NCBI RefSeq assembly: GCF_001194135.2
Contig: NC_068986.1
Location: forward strand, 92,237,140 to 92,272,893
DNA: 35,754 bases
DNA from: Octopus bimaculoides
Lineage: Eukaryota
Reading direction: 5' to 3'
In this document: piece by piece, positions 30,801 through 35,754 of the stretch
How the letters are laid out: each line of letters begins with the position of its first letter
Position numbering within the stretch: the first letter of the stretch is position 1
Notes under the pieces: generated by a model
What the model was told of the DNA's origin: nothing
Seen by the model: the letters and a program-made list of their open reading frames with translations, nothing else
Database searches by the model: none
Program-made: the position numbers and the translations under genes

Positions 30801-32496
30801 TTTTCTTCATGTTTTTTTGCATCCAATTTAACGTGGAAGTATTGTCAGACTGTAGAATATTGCATTATTTATATCACCACCAGACGGAAATTTTCTGATA
30901 AGAGTGCCGGAACCCCCAGATCATATGNNNNNNNNNNNNNNNNNNNNNNNNNNNNNNNNNNNNNNNNNNNNNNNNNNNNNNNNNNNNNNNNNNNNNNNNN
31001 NNNNNNNNNNNNNNNNNNNNNNNNNNNNNNNNNNNNNNNNNNNNNNNNNNNNNNNNNNNNNNNNNNNNNNNNNNNNNNNNNNNNNNNNNNNNNNNNNNNN
31101 NNNNNNNNNNNNNNNNNNNNNNNNNNNNNNNNNNNNNNNNNNNNNNNNNNNNNNNNNNNNNNNNNNNNNNNNNNNNNNNNNNNNNNNNNNNNNNNNNNNN
31201 NNNNNNNNNNNNNNNNNNNNNNNNNNNNNNNNNNNNNNNNNNNNNNNNNNNNNNNNNNNNNNNNNNNNNNNNNNNNNNNNNNNNNNNNNNNNNNNNNNNN
31301 NNNNNNNNNNNNNNNNNNNNNNNNNCTTCTTCTTCTTCTTCTTCTTCTTCTTCTTCTTCTTCTTCTTCTTCTGTTATTTTGAACGATTTATTTAATTGTC
31401 AACCGAAATCCTTTCCAATCATCTTTAGAGTTTTTTTGGCAATTATAATTCTAACTTTTAGTGTCTTTTTACATGTTAATTGTTCTTATAAATATATATG
31501 TGTGTGTATGTATGTATGTATGTATGCATGTGTGTGCATGCATTCATGTATGTATGTATGTATGTATACATGCCTACATATATACAAGTCTGTGGCATTT
31601 AGATTCACTTTGTACAGCTTAAGTGGTCTTAATACTTAATGCGGAAGTGTAAACTTTAGACGTCACAGTTTGATGGGAACATACATATCTTTTTACAAGA
31701 GACAGAAAGAAAAATAAATAAACAAACAAATAAATAAATATTAACGAAAAATAAATCAAACAAATAACTAGAAGCGACAACAATAATGAAAAAGTTACTG
31801 ACTGAAAAAAAGAGAAAGAACAATAAGTAATAAAATATAATTATACATAAACATACACATGTATACACAGGTATAGAGTTTGACTGCATCAAACTATAAA
31901 GAGGCTTCGTCAGATGTAGGCCAAGAGCAGAGAGGAGAAAATTATATTAGCATTTATGTCTCTTAAACAATAATTTTAAACGAGTGTGTTTTGCTCACTA
32001 AAAGACTATTCAAATATATCACCTAATTATTTATTATTGAACAAAAACATTAATTTCCTCTTGACTAACACTATTGCAGATGTGCTTTTATTATTTTTTC
32101 TCCGGAATTTTGATTTGCAGACGACACCACGTCCGCCATTTTATTTGTTAATAGGCTTTCTTTTGAATCATCGCGACGTTTCTGTTCTTTCACGAAAAGA
32201 AAAAGATAGGGAGAAAAATTAATAATAATGTCAACCTGAATGAAAAGGATTCCTTTATTCGAGACAATTTTTATCTATTATATAGGTTTCTGTTGCTTTC
32301 CTTCTTTCATTAATGTTATATTTAATCTTTATCGCTCTCATATGACATGATTAGTCAACGATATCGGATGGAGTATTTTCTGTCCTATAAAAAACCACAG
32401 GATAATAAGTTAAGTCTGGAAGACATTAGAGAATAGAGAAAGCCAAATCTGTCAGAAAATTGACAACAACAATATCAACAGCAACAATAGAGCCAC

Positions 32497-32590
32497 AACA
32501 ACAACAATGATAACAAACAACAACAATAATAATAACAACAATAATAATAACAATAATAATAAGATCAATACTAATAATATCAATAATAAT
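32497..32590. repeat. (AAC)/(AAT) degenerate microsatellite
   Basis: Seen directly. Confidence 0.85.
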
Positions 32591-33801
32591 AGATGATGAG
32601 GGATAATGATGTTTTGAGTGTTATTTGTGCGTGGTTGTATTGAATTACATGAGAAAGAAGGGAAATCATAGTTGTTTGACCTTTAAAGGGACAAAACCTA
32701 GACGAAGAATAAGGTAGTTTCATACACAGACATAATAAACAAAGAATATACATATATATGTGTGAGNNNNNNNNNNNNNNNNNNNNNNNNNNNNNNNNNN
32801 NNNNNNNNNNNNNNNNNNNNNNNNNNNNNNNNNNNNNNNNNNNNNNNNNNNNNNNNNNNNNNNNNNNNNNNNNNNNNNNNNNNNNNNNNNNNNNNNNNNN
32901 NNNNNNNNNNNNNNNNNNNNNNNNNNNNNNNNNNNNNNNNNNNNNNNNNNNNNNNNNNNNNNNNNNNNNNNNNNNNNNNNNNNNNNNNNNNNNNNNNNNN
33001 NNNNNNNNNNNNNNNNNNNNNNNNNNNNNNNNNNNNNNNNNNNNNNNNNNNNNNNNNNTATATATATATATATATATGTAGGGTCTTCACATATATACAT
33101 ATATGTCTTTTTGGTAAACTGGATATTAGCTGAATTTAGTTCGAGTTCACTGTGTCCCAGTACATGGTATGTCAATTACAATCCTTGCTAAAAAAACATT
33201 TTGCTGAAAAAAAGTACACACATACAGACGCACAGACACAGAAACACACCTACACACACACGTAACGTATCTGCGTTTGTATAAAATATATGTGGTAAAC
33301 GTGTACCAGCATACCAGAATAATTCATATAATTAGTCTGTTAGAATGAAAGTTAGTAACTTCACGATTTTAACTGTTACATTAGCCAGACGAATACAACA
33401 CTCTTTCATTAACTCATCATGAATTTACAGTAAAGAGCAACTGCAATACACTGCACCACACACTTTCTACTTTAACGAAGTCACCATGAGAATAGACAAT
33501 TCATTAAAGAAGCAAAACTCATAACTCAGCATAAAGGCATAATAGACACAACTCACCACAAAACGAGAATCTGCTGACGCAAACTCTGGCACGAAAATGT
33601 GTGTGTATGTGCGTATATATGTATATATTATATGTATGTATGAATGTATGTATGTTTGTATACACATACACACACAAATAATAAGGGTGAAAAATTGAGT
33701 ATTAATTTAATATCAATTTAAAACCAGTGGCCAAGCATATTGAAAAATCTGAAGATTCAGAAAAATTATATTACATAAATATAAGAGGGATGACCACTAA
33801 G

Positions 33802-34020
33802 TGGACATCCATTATGCTAGAAGAAGACCACCAATGGTCTGGCCACTAAGAAAAAATTGTTCTCAAGAAAATTCAGCTTCATAAATAACAACGGCATCCG
33901 ACTGGAGAGCGAGAACAAGAAGCTCCGAGTGGCGGGTAACACGCGGTCGGCTTTCTTGAGAACAATCTTTTCTTAGTGGTCAGATCATAGGTGGTCGTCT
34001 TCTAGCATAATAGATGTCCA
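33802..34020. repeat. Inverted repeat with 69-bp arms; right arm cut by a gap
   Basis: 33802-33870 versus the reverse complement of 33952-34020: 63/69 identical by hand count; 81-bp spacer. Confidence 0.92.
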
Positions 34021-35051
34021 NNNNNNNNNNNNNNNNNNNNNNNNNNNNNNNNNNNNNNNNNNNNNNNNNNNNNNNNNNNNNNNNNNNNNNNNNNNNNNNN
34101 NNNNNNNNNNNNNNNNNNNNNNNNNNNNNNNNNNNNNNNNNNNNNNNNNNNNNNNNNNNNNNNNNNNNNNNNNNNNNNNNNNNNNNNNNNNNNNNNNNNN
34201 NNNNNNNNNNNNNNNNNNNNNNNNNNNNNNNNNNNNNNNNNNNNNNNNNNNNNNNNNNNNNNNNNNNNNNNNNNNNNNNNNNNNNNNNNNNNNNNNNNNN
34301 NNNNNNNNNNNNNNNNNNNNNNNNNNNNNNNNNNNNNNNNNNNNNNNNNNNNNNNNNNNNNNNNNNNNNNNNNNNNNNNNNNNNNNNNNNNNNNNNNNNN
34401 NNNNNNNNNNNNNNNNNNNNNNNNNNNNNNNNNNNNNNNNNNNNNNNNNNNNNNNNNNNNNNNNNNNNNNNNNNNNNNNNNNNNNNNNNNNNNNNNNNNN
34501 NNNNNNNNNNNNNNNNNNNNNNNNNNNNNNNNNNNNNNNNNNNNNNNNNNNNNNNNNNNNNNNNNNNNNNNNNNNNNNNNNNNNNNNNNNNNNNNNNNNN
34601 NNNNNNNNNNNNNNNNNNNNNNNNNNNNNNNNNNNNNNNNNNNNNNNNNNNNNNNNNNNNNNNNNNNNNNNNNNNNNNNNNNNNNNNNNNNNNNNNNNNN
34701 NNNNNNNNNNNNNNNNNNNNNNNNNNNNNNNNNNNNNNNNNNNNNNNNNNNNNNNNNNNNNNNNNNNNNNNNNNNNNNNNNNNNNNNNNNNNNNNNNNTT
34801 CAGACGACAGATAAAATAATTTGAGCGGTATTATTTTATTACCAAAGATAAGTAGTAATCTTTGGGAAAAAAATTTAAAATATCATAAAGGAAGGAAAAA
34901 AATACTTTTTAGTATTTTCTAAGAATTTGTACAAATTTCTATAATATGAGATATTTGAGTAGGGCGGATTTTATAGAAATATTGGTTTCAAAGCCATGTC
35001 TAGAAAAAAGAATTTGAAGAATGGAATTTGTTTTTATCGACTGGTGAAAAC

Positions 35052-35099
35052 GATAGCATATGTCTTAAGATAGCATATGTCTTAAGATAGCATATGTCT
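35052..35099. repeat. 17-bp tandem repeat (gatagcatatgtcttaa) x2.8
   Basis: Seen directly. Confidence 0.95.
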
Positions 35100-35430
35100 A
35101 TTATTTTGGTTGATATTTTACGGAGATATTTTTACAAAGATGCTCCAACTATGGAAGATGAAGGTCAGCTGTAGTTTTAAACTTGATATTGCAATAGATT
35201 GGTATTTCTAGTTAGGCTACATTTTATACAAATAACTAATAAGAGGCGGCTGTGTATTTGTGCGTGTGTCACAAAATATAAATAGCATTTCCATGTGTAT
35301 GTTTGTGTATATATGTGTGTGTGTGTATGTGTGTGTGTCACAAATCTACAAAAATGACTTACAAACCAAAGATTTCGTATATGGCACTTATCCTACTTAA
35401 GCTTTATATATAAGGTCTAGTAATGAGGGT

Positions 35431-35750
35431 GGAGGCGCAATGGCCCAGTGGTTAGGGCAGCGGACTCGCGGTCAAAGGTTCGCGGTTTCGATTCCCAGAC
35501 CGGGCGTTGTGAGTGTTTATTGAGCGAAAACACCTAAAAGCTCCACGAGGCTCCGGCAGAGGATGGTGGTGAACCCTGCTGTACTCTTTCACCACAACTT
35601 TCTCTCACTCTTACTTCCTGTTTCTGTTGTGCCTGTAATTCATAGGGTCAACCTTGTCACACTGTGTCACGCTGAATCTCCCCGAGAACTACGTTAAGGG
35701 TACACGTGTCTGTGGAGTACTCAGCCACTTGCACGTTAATTTCACGAGCA
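35431..35750 (+). mobile_element. SINE family C, running to the window end
   Basis: ggaggcgcaatggcccagtggttagg..ggtttcgattcccag..gtgtctgtggag. Confidence 0.92.
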
Positions 35751-35754
35751 CGTT

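Noticed and set aside
33557-33585. 29-bp minus-strand microexon candidate (cag|..|gtgagt)
   Set aside because: Weak pyrimidine tract inside microsatellite-like DNA; such donor hexamers are common by chance.
35431-35500. tRNA gene (also other SINE heads)
   Set aside because: A/B boxes continue into SINE bodies, and no complete cloverleaf could be drawn.

Overview
AT-rich, microsatellite-dense eukaryotic DNA from a draft assembly, with 10 N-gaps totalling about 4.2 kb. The repeat landscape suggests a coleoid cephalopod, probably Octopus; this is an inference from remembered repeat families, not a database hit. No intact protein-coding gene could be named, and nearly all long ORFs in the track are gap or microsatellite artefacts. 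The window is mostly decayed transposons. DNA transposons: two mariner fragments (one with a readable D,D34D triad), a 600-bp internally deleted DD41D (rosa/Visitor-type) element with ~97-bp TIRs and TA TSD, and two pogo/Tigger ends. Others: two Helitron RepHel remnants, an L1/Tx1 RT, an RTE RT, two Penelope-like GIY-YIG ends, and about 20 tRNA-type SINE copies in four families (labelled A-D here). Best leads: a mariner-Helitron chimera; a chain of SINEs separated by copies of one ~20-bp target; a CpG-decayed domain at ~12.5-20.2 kb implying a methylated host gene body; a sharply bounded 64-bp GC-rich candidate exon; and possible hammerhead ribozyme remnants downstream of both Penelope-like ORFs. 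I found no convincing evidence of a wholly new biological system.
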